From Heterodontus francisci (Eukaryota), in assembly GCF_036365525.1 (NCBI RefSeq), contig NW_027142325.1:310001-374000 (forward strand): a stretch of 64,000 nt of DNA. The letters run 5' to 3'. Within the stretch, counting starts at the first letter, position 1. Every line of letters begins with the position of its first letter. Position numbers and translations under genes: made by a program. Shown here piece by piece: positions 14,551 through 27,624 of the stretch. Under the pieces are notes generated by a model. That model did not search any database and had not been told where the DNA came from. It worked only from the letters and a program-made list of their open reading frames with translations.

Positions 14551-17524
14551 CATTCTTTGGGGTATGGGGTTACTCTCCCTTTGGACACAATATCCTGATA
14601 ACATTCAGGGATCTCGTTACATTTTCCTGTACCCAGAGCAGACTGTTTCCTGGGACTTACTGCTGTTGCAATTAAAGCCACAGCCTGCTCTGCTGTGCTT
14701 TCCATCAGGGTCCCTTTTCCAGCACTGGGCAGGTGTGCCCTGATTAACCTTATAGGCTTTCCCCTAAGCTGCAACTGGACTCGCTCTGTGCACTTTTTGT
14801 TCCTCCACATGGGTCTTTATAGAAAGAGGGAGAGAGTTTTTCAATTCCTCAAGTAGAATCAACTCTCTGAGGTTTTCATACGTGGGCTGCACTTTAAGGG
14901 CCCTTAACCACTGGCCAAAAAACAGCTCCTTACTGCTTTCAAACTCGAGGTAAGTTTGATCAGCTTGTTACCGGAGGGTTCGGAATTTCTGGCAGTACGC
15001 TTCTGGTACTAGCTCATATGCCCCAATGATAGCATTTTTAGTCAATTCATAATTTAATGAACCAGCAACAGTGAATAAACCTTTTCCTGTTAGCTTGCTT
15101 TGTCGCTGGAGGATCCAGCTCTTTGCCGGCCATTTCAACTGTCTCGCAAGCTTTTCAAAAGTTACAAAAATGCTTCCACATCCCCCTCATTGAAACTTGG
15201 GATCAATTGGGAGAACTTTATGAGCTCAGCACATGGTCCTGAGTTAAGTGCAGTCTCCATATTGGCCATGCTTTCACTGGCCCCACACTGCCCCACCCCA
15301 CCCCACCCCCAGCTAATTCAAGCCGCCGTAACTCCCTATCTTGCTGCTCCTTCTGGAAAATTCTCTCTCTTTCTTCCTGTCTTCCAATTCATGTTTCCTT
15401 TGTTCGAATTGTGTCCTAGCTAACATTACCTTGTCTGAGTCTGACTCCAACCCTGTCTCCGAATCTTCAGGTTCGAGTGAAAAATGGTTGGCCACAAGTC
15501 TTAGGATGTCGGATTTCTTACCTCTTGCACGGAAAGTAATCCCAAACTGCCCAGCCACATTTTTCAACTTTTCCACTTATAGGGCCTTTATCTTATCCCA
15601 AGTTACTTCATCCTGGCTTGGGAAAGTACTGGCCTCGGATGCGGAGATGTTAGTATTCTAGCAACACAAACCACAAGAAAACCTGTATTGATTTTTTTTT
15701 TGTTGGGATCAATTTGGTTTCTCACTTCCAATTTCTCGTTTGTCTGTGTACAATGCCAGACTAGAGCCCCCAAATTTCTGTTACGACCAGGTGAGGAAGG
15801 GGTCTCAGACTCCCCTTTTGCCCCTTCTCTGGGTTGACCACAGCAGGGTTTATCTTTTTTAACAGAGATTTAACTTACCACCTCAGTGAGCGCTTACTCC
15901 TGTTCCTCTAATATATTTGCAAATGAACCAATCAGACAGGTTTTCTTTCTTGAGTTTAAACAAGAAAGATGTAAGTTTATTAACCTTATCACTCTAAACC
16001 GGTTAAAATTACTAAAATACGCTATGCATCCATACCCACATTCACACANNNNNNNNNNNNNNNNNNNNNNNNNNNNNNNNNNNNNNNNNNNNNNNNNNNN
16101 NNNNNNNNNNNNNNNNNNNNNNNNNNNNNNNNNNNNNNNNNNNNNNNNNNNNNNNNNNNNNNNNNNNNNNNNNNNNNNNNNNNNNNNNNNNNNNNNNNCA
16201 GAGTTGGGAGGTTGGAATCGAGTCCTTTATAAATGGAATGTAAATACTGAGTCTCAGTCCCAGAGTTTTTAGTTGAAATTGCAGTCCTGAAGATCTCGCT
16301 GGGCCATGTGCACGGGTCAGGCTGGTTACTCAGGTTCTGGAAGGCAGGAGAGAGACTTTATCCTTGTCCCCCGGTTGCTGACTGTAAGGATCTGTAGACT
16401 TGTCTTCCACCAGACGCAGATTGAGGCTTCTCAGGATCTCTACTAGAGAGAGAGAGAGAGAGAGACAGAGACAGAGATGCTGTTCCCTTGCTGGATCCCA
16501 GTGACTGTCTGACTTCTGAGTCACCAATCACAAATCTCTTGAGTGGGCCAAGCAGTCATGTGATGTGACCACCACTTTATGTCTGAATCAGCATCTTCCG
16601 GAATGATCTTTGAAATTCAGGGCTCTCCTCCTAGCTGTTCAGACATACTTGGCAGGGGAGATTTGACTCTTTCAATGTCAATGGGTGTCGATGGCTTTTG
16701 ATGACCCCTCATTGATAAGGTCATCCCAGATAAGTGAATCAGAGAGCACCCCATTGTTCTGACTAGCTGAGTAATCATATCTGTCTCCAGACTGATTCTT
16801 TGGTATTTCATATGCAAATTGTGCTTGGCCATCTGGGCTGCTAGCTGTTCAGTTTTTAAAAGTTATTTGTAACAATGTCCAGTACAAGTCTCAGGCCAAG
16901 TTCCATGCGATAAAACTAATATTTCCATTTGGCATGTGGGATTTCCATCACAGGGTTTTCAAATCTTCAATACTTAATCAATTTAACTTATCATGTGACA
17001 TGTCTCCTGCTCTTCTGCATGAAATGCGTCCTTTTGTTTCTCGCACCCGAGAAAAGAAATGAATGATATGAGAAAACCTGTTTGTTCAATTTTCACAGTT
17101 TTAGAGATCCATTTTCCTCCCATTTCCAAATATTTTATTTAAGCAGTTCAGAATCCCAGCTTTGAGCCCCCATTTTGGTATGGACAGGTGGTAACTTGTG
17201 TGGGTGGCTTCCAATTTTCACCTCCCAACTGATTGCGATTGTGTTTTGTTAAAAATGGTGCATTTTTAGGGCCAAATAAACTGACAAACGATAGTTTTCT
17301 TGTAGGTTAAAAAAACACCTATTTTCTTTGGAACAATTCCTGAAATGGTCGCAACCTTCACCCACTCGCACATTCACACATACACAAGAATAGATAGAGA
17401 GAAAAAGGTCGGATGCATTTAAAGTCCAAGGTAATATAAAACTTTGTGGATTACAGAATGCTGTTGAATCATCTGGGGAGAAAAGTCTTCTTTTAAAGGT
17501 ACAGGCCTGGTTGTCTGCTTGCTC

Positions 17525-17840
17525 TTTATTTATTTATTTAGAGATACAGCACTGAAACAGGCCCTTCGACCCACCGAGTCTGTGCTGACCGACAACCACC
17601 CATTTTATACTAATCCTACATTATCCCCATATTCCCTACCACATCCCCACCATTCTCCTACCACCTACCTACACTAGGGGCAATTTACCTATCAACCTGC
17701 AAGTCTTTGGCTGCGAGAGGAAACCGGAGCACCCGGCGGAAACCCACAGGGAGAACTTGCAAACTCCGCACAGGCAGTACCCAGAACTGAACCTGGGTCG
17801 CTGGAGCTGTGAGGCTGCGGTGCTAACCACTGCACCACCC
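17525..17840 (-). mobile_element. HE1-type tRNA-derived SINE
   Basis: Reverse of the tRNA-like head gtggttagcaccgcagcctcacagctccagcgacc, central gggtgctccggtttcctc, (ttta)n tail. Confidence 0.85.
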
Positions 17841-17844
17841 TAAA

Positions 17845-17985
17845 TGAACTTAATTCAATTAATTAATTAATTGAATTTAAATTCCACCAGCTGCCATGTT
17901 GGGATTTGAACCCATGTCCCCAGGACATTAGCCTGGACCTCTGGATTGCTAGTCCAGTGACATTACCACTACGCCACCATCTCTC
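17845..17985 (-). mobile_element. tRNA-derived SINE 5' part (same family as 21505-21870)
   Basis: Reverse of ggtggcgtagtggtaatgtcactggactagcaatccagagg...gggttcaaatccc. Confidence 0.7.
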
Positions 17986-18689
17986 CATTTTTTCTCTCCA
18001 TCTTGCTGAGGTGTTGTACAGTTCTATTGGTTAAAACTCAGCCCAAGGTTGGTGGTGTGAATTTGGTTTACCTTCACAGATGGAGAGTCTTAAAGTCACT
18101 TTGTAATTTCTCTGCTGTAATGGTTGTTCAGTTCTTGCTCAGCAGGGTTCTGCTTAGCTGGATCTCTCTCTCAGCCTCTGGCTGGAAACTGGCTTTCGGT
18201 GGTCTTGTCTGGATCTTCCTCTCTCTCCAGAGGGCTACCAATTAAGGTCAAAATCCATCACATTTGACTTTCTGTTAGGTGGTGCATGGCCCTGTTCCCT
18301 GGTGTGAGCACACAATGGACCAGGATGTAGAAACCATGGCTATCTATTGACGTCTGAATGGGAATCATTCTGTTATAATGATGCTACTTAACTCATTCAT
18401 TTTGGTTTGGGCTGTGAGTCAGTCTGTCTTCTGAACCTTTTGTTAGTTCATGCAGGTAGATAGGAGTCATCAATATGCAATGGGTTCTCCCAGAGCTATT
18501 TCAGATGAAGTTAACAAGTTTAACCCTCCACAGACGGAACTGTGTATTGTCAACACAAGAGGGGGTTCACGTGATCACTACTCCATATTGTCTGTGCAAT
18601 AATTGTCCTTGTTCTTGTGGTTCAGTGTAAAAGTTGACTTTTTATTTTCATAATTCCTCCAATTCATTGTTTATTTCAACACAGCTCCT

Positions 18690-19060
18690 TCCAAGCATGT
18701 GAGGAGAGACTGAAGAAGCTGGCATTGTCCCCTTAGAGCAGAGAAGGTTGAGGGAGATTTAGTCGAGGGGTTTAAAAACATTGAGGAGTTTTGATAGCGT
18801 AAATCATGAGAAACTGTTTCCATTGGCAGGAGGGTGATATTTTCTTACAGAGTGAGTTCAGATGATCTGGAATGCAGTGACTGAAAGGCTGGTGGAAACA
18901 GATTCAATACCAACCATCAAAAGGGAATTGGATAAATACTTGAAGGGTAAATATTGCAGAACCATGGAGAAAGAGTAAAGGTGTGGGACGAATTAGATAT
19001 CTCTCTCAAAGAACCAGCACAGGCATGATGGGGGAATGGCCTCCTGTGCTGTTTGATTTT
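18690..19060 (+). mobile_element. Old CR1 3' fragment
   Basis: gaggagagactgaagaagct...agagaaggttgagggagattta...atggcctcctgtgctg. Confidence 0.75.
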
Positions 19061-19774
19061 ATTTATAAAATAATGGATAGCTGGAAGTGAATTACAGCCT
19101 AGAATCTAATCGAGAGTTCTGGGGATTGAAAATCCTGTCCTGTTACACTGACAGTGGGATATTGCTCATCAGACACAGCGCTCTCTGATGACCTCAGGAT
19201 TTAATACAGGATCAGCTCATTTACATACGGAACAACAAATAATATAATGGAGGTGTTTTAGATGATGGAAGTATTTAACAATTTCCTCTGGTGGGGGAAT
19301 TACAGAACAAGGGAGCATAACCTTAGATTTATAGTTAGGCTGTTCAAGGGTTATGTCAGTAAGAACTTCACACAAAGGGTGACGAGACATTTCCTGCGAC
19401 ACTTGCTGAGACATTTGTTAATAAGACCTGCCTGTTTGAAGTCTGTGCCATGAAATTTATTCATGTAGTGTTGCCTCTTGTGGTGCTCTGCAGGCTGCCC
19501 TTGCTTCCCGGAGACAGGCAGTCCCACAGGTCACTACCTGTGTGACCCCATGCCCCGTTCTTCATTGATATGTGCGCAAGCAGCAGCATCCCCTGCCAGG
19601 GCCTGAACACGTTGAATTGGCACCATCCTGAAGACAACTGGCTGATGTAACGTCAGGATTCCAAATTTGAACAGCCCAGATCCTGGTAACGCTGAATTGT
19701 CCACTCCTGAGCAAAGAAGCAAGATGGACTCTACAGCAGCTCCCCTGCTCTGCTTCAAGTAGTGCAGTGGGATC

Positions 19775-19960
19775 TTTTACATCCACCTGAGAGCAGACAG
19801 GGCCTCGAGTTAACGTCTCACCCGAAAGACAGGACCTCCAACAGTGTAGCACTGCCTGAGTACTGGACTGGAGTGATTTTGTGCTGAAGCCTCTGGAATG
19901 GGCATTGAACAGACAGCTTTCTGATTGCAAAGTGAGAGTGCTACACACTAAGCCACAGCT
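19775..19960 (-). mobile_element. Deu-domain (SacSINE1/AmnSINE1-like) SINE fragment
   Basis: gggatcttttacatccacctgagagcagacagggcctc...aacgtctcacccgaaagac...cagtgtagcact, matched to recalled consensus. Confidence 0.6.
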
Positions 19961-19974
19961 CTCACTATAAAGGG

Positions 19975-21500
19975 TTAGCATAACTTCCCTGCTTTTGTAA
20001 TCTATGTCACTATTTATAAAGCCCAGGATCCCATATAATTTTTAAAGACCATTATCCACTTCTCCTGCCACTAAGACAGATTTTTATATAGAAATGCCCA
20101 AGTCTCTTGTCCGAGCTGGAAGTGAATTACAGCCTAGAATCTAATCGAGAGTTTTGGGGACTGAAAATCCTGTCCTGTTGCACTGACAGTGGGACATTGC
20201 TGTTCAGACACAGCGCTCTCTACAGCCTCTTTAAAATTGTATTTTTTGTTATATTGCCTCTCCTCATTCTTCCTTCCAAAATGCATTATTGCACACTTCT
20301 CGGAATTAAATTTCATCTGCCATGTGTCTACCCATTTTACCAGTCTGTTTATGTCCTCCTGAATTCTTTACCATTCCCCTCATTTCTTTGTTTCGTGTCA
20401 TCTGCAAACTTTGAAATTATGCCTTGTATACCAAAGTCCAGGTTATTACTTCATCAAAGAACTCAATCAAGTTGTCAGAAATTATTTGCCTTTAACAGAT
20501 CTGTGCTGGCTGACATTTGTTAACCCATATTTTTCTAAGTGACAACTAGTTTTGTCTTAGATTATTGTCTGGAATAGTTTCTCCCCCACCCCACAGCCCC
20601 CAATCTACCCACTGACATTAGGCTGACTGGCCTGTAGTTATTAGGTTTATCCCTCTCCTCCTTTTTGAACAGGGGTGTAACATTTACAACCTGCCAGCCC
20701 TCTGGCATCACTCCCATATTGAAAGAGGATTGGACGATTGTAGCCACAGCTTCTGCTATTTCCATCCTTATCCCTCAGGAATCTAGGATGCTTCCCACAT
20801 CTGGTCTGGGTGACTTTCCTACTTTGGACACTGCTAACCTTTCAAGTACTTCCTCTTTATCTCGTTTCTCCGAGTCAATTTCTCTACTACCTCCTCCATT
20901 ACTGTGACACCGGCAGCTTCCTCCTATTTTGGGGAGAAATGTTCATTCAGTACCTCAGCCATGCCCTCTGCCTCCACACCATTTATTTTCTGGTCCCTAA
21001 TCACCAGAACCTTTCCGCTGACTATCCATCTACTATGTTTAGAAAGGACTTTAGTGTTCCAGATGTTTATGCTTGTTGGAGGCCAATCATCTCAGGCCCA
21101 GATGCAGGAGATCCTCAGAGTAGTGTACCAGGTCCAACCATCTTCAGCTGCTTCATCAATGACCTTCTCTCCATCATAAGCTCTGAAGTGGGGATGATCC
21201 CTGATGATTGTGCAATGTTCAGCACCTTTTGTGACTCCTCAGAATCTGAAGCAGTTCAAGCCTGCATGTAGCAAGACATGGACAACATTCAGGCTTGGGC
21301 TGATAAGTGGAAAGTAACATTCGCACCACAGAATTGCCAGGCAATGACCATCTCCAACAAGAGAGAATCTAACCATCAGCCCTTGACATTCTACAGCATT
21401 ACCATCGTTGAATACTCCACCATCAACATCCTGGAGGGATTCAGAAGAAACTTAACTGGACCAGCCATATAAATACTATGGCTACAAGAATAGATCAGAG
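19975..21500. mobile_element. Patchwork of decayed CR1 (minus, to ~21050) and CR1-superfamily (+, 21080-21500) fragments
   Basis: MKFNSEKC, NVTPLFKK..KPNNYRPVSL on minus; PGPTIFSCFINDL, QAWADKWKVTF on plus. Confidence 0.75.
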
Positions 21501-21504
21501 ATTG

Positions 21505-21870
21505 AGGGTGACAGTGGTTCAGTGGTGCTGTCACTGATGTAATAATCTAGAAGCCCAGGCTAATTCCCCTGGGGCATGTGTTCAAATCCCACCATAGCAG
21601 CTGGTGGAATTTAATTTCAAATAATTGAAAAGAATCTCAAAATAATTGCCACTTTCAAGAATGGTGCCATAAAACTATTATCACTTGCCATTAACAAAAA
21701 CATTTGGTTCACTAATGTCCTTGTCTGGCCTATAGGTGACTGCAAACCCACAGCAATGTGGTTGACTCTGAACTGCCCTCTGAAATAGCCCAGCAAGTCA
21801 CTCAATTGTCTGGGGCAATTAGGGATGGGGAACAAATGCTGGCCTTGCCAGTGATGCCCACAGGAATTTA
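21505..21870 (+). mobile_element. tRNA-derived SINE sharing its 3' tail with the LINE at 4500-5850
   Basis: Head gtggtgctgtcactg...gttcaaatccc; tail gggcaattagggatgggg..aaatgctggccttgccagtgatgcccaca. Confidence 0.7.
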
Positions 21871-22189
21871 AAAAAAACTTTATGTTACCCACTTATATTT
21901 TCTCATACATTCTCTTTGTCTTCTTTCCTTTTTCAGGTCTCCCAAACACTTTCAGTACTGACTCTCTATGTATAATGAATCAGACATTGATCATAAACCT
22001 TCTTTTCCTGTCCCATTTTAAACTCAATATCTTTATTCATCCAAGAAGCTGTAGTATTGGATGTTCTTCTTCCTTTCGCCATCCTAGGAATGTTTTTAGC
22101 CTGTACCTGAAATATCTCCTCATTAAAGGCCCCCATTGCTCACATTCTGTTTCACCTGTCTATCTTGGTTTTGAACCCATCAACTATAA

Positions 22190-25100
22190 ACCATCTGAAC
22201 CCGTCTGTTATATTCCAGCCTGTAACTCACTGTTATTTATCCATTATTTAATGTATAAACTACCCAAACCCCTCTGTTATATTCCAGCTTGTAACTCACT
22301 GTTATTTATCCATTATTCTATGTATAAACTACCCAAACCCCTCTGTTATATTCCAGCCTGTAACTCACTGTTATTTATCCATTATTCTATGTATAAACTA
22401 CCCAAACCCCTCTGTTATATTCCAGCCTGTAACTCACTGTTATTTATCCATTATTTAATGTATAAACTACCCAAACCCCTCTGTTATATTCCAGCTTGTA
22501 ACTCACTGTTATTTATCCATTATTCTATGTATAAACTACCCAAACCCCTCTGTTATATTCCAGCCTGTAACTCACTGTTATTTATCCATTATTCTATGTA
22601 TAAACTACCCAAACCCCTCTGTTATATTCCAGCTTGTAACTCACTGTTATTTATCCATTATTCTATGTATAAACTACCCAAACCCCTCTGTTATATTCCA
22701 GCCTGTAACTCACTGTTATTTATCCATTATTCTATGTATAAACTACCCAAACCCCTCTGTTATATTCCAGCTTGTAACTCACTGTTATTTATCCATTATT
22801 CTATGTATAAACTACCCAAACCCCTCTGTTATATTCCAGCCTGTAACTCACTGTTATTTATCCATTATTCTATGTATAAACTACCCAAACCCCTCTGTTA
22901 TATTCCAGCCTGTAACTCACTGTTATTTATCCATTATTTAATGTATAAACTACCCAAACCCCTCTGTTATATTCCAGCCTGTAACTCACTGTTATTTATC
23001 CATTATTTAATGTATAAACTACCCAAACCCCTCTGTTATATTCCAGCCTGTAACTCACTGTTATTTATCCATTATTCTATGTATAAACTACCCAAATCCC
23101 TCTGTTATATTCCAGCCTGTAACTCACTGTTATTTATCCATTATTTAATGTATAAACTACCCAAACCCCTCTGTTATATTCCAGCCTGTAACTCACTGTT
23201 ATTTATCCATTATTCTATGTATAAACTACCCAAATCCCTCTGTTATATTCCAGCCTGTAACTCACTGTTATTTATCCATTATTTAATGTATAAACTACCC
23301 AAACCCCTCTGTTATATTCCAGCCTGTAACTCACCGTTATTTATCCATTATTCTATAAATTACCCAAATCCCTCTGTTATATTCCGGCCTGTAACTCACT
23401 GTTATTTATCCATTATTCTATGTATAAACTACCCAAATCCCTCTGTTATATTCCAGCCTGTAACTCACTGTTATTTATCCATTATTCTATGTATAAACTA
23501 CCCAAACCCCTCTGTTATATTCCAGCCTGTAACTCACCGTTATTTATCCATTATTCTATAAATTACCCAAATCCCTCTGTTATATTCCGGCCTGTAACTC
23601 ACTGTTATTTATCCATTATTCTATGTATAAACTACCCAAATCCCTCTGTTATATTCCAGCCTGTAACTCACTGTTATTTATCCATTATTCTATGTATAAA
23701 CTACCCAAACCCCTCTGTTATATTCCAGCCTGTAACTCACTGTTATTTATCCATTATTCTATGTATAAACTACCCAAATCCCTCTGTTATATTCCAGCCT
23801 GTAACTCACTGTTATTTATCCATTATTCTATGTATAAACTACCCAAACCCCTCTGTCATATTCCAGCCTGTAACTCACTGTTATTTATCCATTATTTAAT
23901 GTATAAACTACCCAAACCCCTCTGTTATATTCCAGCCTGTAACTCACTGTTATTTATCCATTATTCTATGTATAAACTACCCAAATCCCTCTGTTATATT
24001 CCAGCCTGTAACTCACTGTTATTTATCCATTATTTAATGTATAAACTACCCAAACCCCTCTGTTATATTCCAGCCTGTAACTCACTGTTATTTATCCATT
24101 ATTCTATGTATAAACTACCCAAATCCCTCTGTTATATTCCAGCCTGTAACTCACTGTTATTTATCCATTATTTAATGTATAAACTACCCAAACCCCTCTG
24201 TTATATTCCAGCCTGTAACTCACTGTTATTTATCCATTATTCTATGTATAAACTACCCAAATCCCTCTGTTATATTCCAGCCTGTAACTCACTGTTATTT
24301 ATCCATTATTCTATAAATTACCCAAATCCCTCTGTTATATTCCAGCCTGTAACTCACTGTTATTTATCCATTATTCTATGTATAAACTACCCAAACCCCT
24401 CTGTTATATTCCAGCCTGTAACTCACTGTTATTTATCCATTATTCTATGTATAAACTACCCAAATCCCTCTGTTATATTCCAGCCTGTAACTCACTGTTA
24501 TTTATCCATTATTTAATGTATAAACTACCCAAACCCCTCTGTTATATTCCAGCCTGTAACTCACTGTTATTTATCCATTATTTAATGTATAAACTACCCA
24601 AATCCCTCTGTTATATTCCAGCCTGTAACTCACTGTTATTTATCCATTATTCTATGTATAAACTACCCAAACCCCTCTGTTATATTCCAGCCTGTAACTC
24701 ACTGTTATTTATCCATTATTCTATGTATAAACTACCCAAATCCCTCTGTTATATTCCAGCTTGTAACTCACTGTTATTTATCCATTATTCTATGTATAAA
24801 CTACCCAAACCCCTCTGTTATATTCCAGCCTGTAACTCACTGTTATTTATCCATTATTCTATGTATAAACTACCCAAACCCCTCTGTTATATTCCAGCCT
24901 GTAACTCACTGTTATTTATCCATTATTTAATGTATAAACTACCCAAACCCCTCTGTTATATTCCAGCCTGTAACTCACTGTTATTTATCCATTATTTAAT
25001 GTATAAACTACCCAAATCCCTCTGTTATATTCCAGCTTGTAACTCACTGTTATTTATCCATTATTCTATGTATAAACTACCCAAACCCCTCTGTTATATT

Positions 25101-27058
25101 CCAGCCTGTAACTCACTGTTATTTATCCATTATTCTATGTATAAACTACCCAAATCCCTCTGTTATATTCCGGCCTGTAACTCACCGTTATTTATCCATT
25201 ATTCTATAAATTACCCAAATCCCTCTGTTATATTCCGGCCTGTAACTCACTGGTATTTATCCATTATTCTATGTATAAACTACCCAAACCCCTCTGTTAT
25301 ATTCCAGCCTGTAACTCACTGTTATTTATCCATTATTCTATGTATAAACTACCCAAACCCCTCTGTTATATTCCAGCCTGTAACTCACTGTTATTTATCC
25401 ATTATTTAATGTATAAACTACCCAAACCCCTCTGTTATATTCCAGCCTGTAACTCACCGTTATTTATCCATTATTCTATAAATTACCCAAATCCCTCTGT
25501 TATATTCCGGCCTGTAACTCACCGTTATTTATCCATTATTCTATAAATTACCCAAATCCCTCTGTTATATTCCAGCCTGTAACTCACTGTTATTTATCCA
25601 TTATTCTATGTATAAACTACCCAAATCCCTCTGTTATATTCCAGCCTGTAACTCACCGTTATTTATCCATTATTCTATAAATTACCCAAATCCCTCTGTT
25701 ATATTCCGGCCTGTAACTCACTGTTATTTATCCATTATTCTATGTATAAACTACCCAAACCCCTCTGTTATATTCCAGCCTGTAACTCACTGTTATTTAT
25801 CCATTATTCTATGTATAAACTACCCAAACCCCTCTGTTATATTCCAGCCTGTAACTCACCATTATTTATCCATTATTCTATGTATAAACTACCCAAACCC
25901 CTCTGTTATATTCCAGCCTGTAACTCACTGTTATTTATCCATTATTCTATGTATAAACTACCCAAATCCCTCTGTTATATTCCAGCCTGTAACTCACCGT
26001 TATTTATCCATTATTCTATGTATAAACTACCCAAATCCCTCTGTTATATTCCAGCCTGTAACTCACTGTTATTTATCCATTATTCTATGTATAAACTACC
26101 CAAACCCCTCTGTTATATTCCAGCCTGTAACTCACTGTTATTTATCCATTATTCTATGTATAAACTACCCAAACCCCTCTGTTATATTCCAGCCTGTAAC
26201 TCACTGTTATTTATCCATTATTCTATGTATAAACTACCCAAACCCCTCTGTTATATTCCAGCCTGTAACTCACTGTTATTTATCCATTATTCTATAAATT
26301 ACCCAAACCCCTCTGTTATATTCCAGCCTGTAACTCACCGTTATTTATCCATTATTCTATAAATTACCCAAATCCCTCTGTTATATTCCGGCCTGTAACT
26401 CACTGTTATTTATCCATTATTCTATAAATTACCCAAATCCCTCTGTTATATTCCAGCCTGTAACTCACCGTTATTTATCCATTATTCTATAAATTACCCA
26501 AATCCCTCTGTTATATTCCGGCCTGTAACTCACTGTTATTTATCCATTATTCTATAAATTACCCAAATCCCTCTGTTATATTCCAGCCTGTAACTCACCG
26601 TTATTTATCCATTATTCTATAAATTACCCAAATCCCTCTGTTATATTCCGGCCTGTAACTCACTGTTATTTATCCATTATTCTATAAATTACCCAAATCC
26701 CTCTGTTATATTCCAGCCTGTAACTCACCGTTATTTATCCATTATTCTATAAATTACCCAAATCCCTCTGTTATATTCCAGCCTGTAACTCACCGTTATT
26801 TATCCATTATTCTATAAATTACCCAAATCCCTCTGTTATATTCCGGCCTGTAACTCACCGTTATTTATCCATTATTCTATAAATTACCCAAATCCCTCTG
26901 TTATATTCCAGCCTGTAACTCACCGTTATTTATCCATTATTCTATAAATTACCCAAACCCCTCTGTTATATTCCAGCCTGTAACTCACTGTTATTTATCC
27001 ATTATTCTATGTATAAACTACCCAAACCCCTCTGTTATATTCTAGCCTGTAACTCACT
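22190..27058 (+). repeat. ~4.9 kb minisatellite, 69-bp unit with a 65-bp variant, about 70 copies
   Basis: Unit ctctgttatattccagcctgtaactcactgttatttatccattattctatgtataaactacccaaaccc; the variant lacks 4 nt (tgta). Confidence 0.98.
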
Positions 27059-27220
27059 CGTGTCTGATGTCTGTGTATAAACCATCCCAATCTGACCATA
27101 TGATGTTATATCTGCTGTCACTAGATCACAATCAGTATATTATCTCACAGTTTGATTTTGAAACAGTATTCTCTGTCCCTGTGCTGTTTTAATATTCTCG
27201 CTCTCTCTCTCTCTCCACAG

Positions 27221-27604
27221 AGGTTTCTGCTAATGGTTGGACAATGAGCACTGCGGATGATGTGAGTGTTGAGGAAGGAGGGTCCGCTGTCTTGCCGTGT
27301 ACTTTCACTCACCCACACCCTGATCAGACGGTCACCGGCTCTGTGATATGGTACAAAGGCCGTTACAATGTTATTTTTAAGTGTACATATTCTGGTCCGG
27401 GCCATTCACAGAGTGAGCTGTGTGAGAATGTGATACAGCAGGACGGCGGGAATCGATTCAGATTCGTGGGGAACTTCAGTAACAAAGATGTCTCAATAAT
27501 GATGGAGCGGCTGATCCGGGCGGACAGCGGTCCTTATCAGTGTCGTGTGGAGCTCAATATTGGAAATATTAATGTACTGAAACTAACGAGTCTGAGAGTG
27601 GAAG
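27221..27604 (+). CDS. SIGLEC15-like: Exon encoding end of signal peptide plus Siglec-15-like V-set Ig domain (V1)
   Basis: Acceptor (ct)n-ccacag|27221, donor gaag|gtgagg at 27604; 384 nt, phase 1/1. Translation xVSANGWTMSTADDVSVEEGGSAVLPCTFTHPH...IWYK...IFKC...SELC...RFRFVGN...DVSIMMERL..ADSGPYQCRVEL parallels the recalled Siglec-15 V-set (WSMQVP..EAGDAAVLPCTFTHPH..IW..VFRC..SELC..RFRLLGN..DLSLRVERL..ADDRRYFCRVEF): all four Cys and the Arg of C-R-V-E are kept. Confidence 0.93.
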
Positions 27605-27624
27605 GTGAGGAACAATGTTCAGGG

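Larger units (their letters stand above)
8750..16952 (-). mobile_element. Gmr1-like LTR element B with both LTRs (8750-9806 and 15779-16952), gag only visible, carrying nested CR1s
   Basis: Two highly similar ~1.1 kb LTRs (tgttacgaccagg...tcaca); near-TSD aggt/gggt; PBS gagccccca at ~15764; degenerate SCAN gag 14550-15650. Confidence 0.88.
7150..18682 (-). mobile_element. Gmr1-like LTR element A (5' LTR ~17176-18682, PBS ~17164-17172, gag-protease), split by element B
   Basis: Minus-strand SCAN gag and protease C-terminus (GPVTIGIIHCLPVAGIDLQLGDDLAGG) at 7150-8749; gag N-terminus continues at 16957-17160; gagccccca is the reverse of the Pro-PBS. Outer LTR boundary approximate. Confidence 0.75.

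Noticed and set aside
19450-19760. Possible exon or unique coding segment
   Set aside because: It looks like a heavily decayed LINE endonuclease N-terminus on the minus strand; no clean splice or frame support.
21882-26362. Long ORFs (559, 343, 297 aa) of repeating MYKLPKPLCYIPACNSLLFIHYS
   Set aside because: They arise because the 69-bp unit is stop-free in that frame. The 65-bp variants shift the frame freely, so there is no sign of coding constraint.
22190-27058. CRISPR-like array
   Set aside because: Head-to-tail repeats with no unique spacers, no cas genes, and eukaryotic context.
1-27220. Leader exon for the Siglec-15-like gene
   Set aside because: No convincing ATG-hydrophobic-phase-1 donor segment was found by eye. 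It is probably upstream of the window or was missed, so pseudogene status cannot be excluded.
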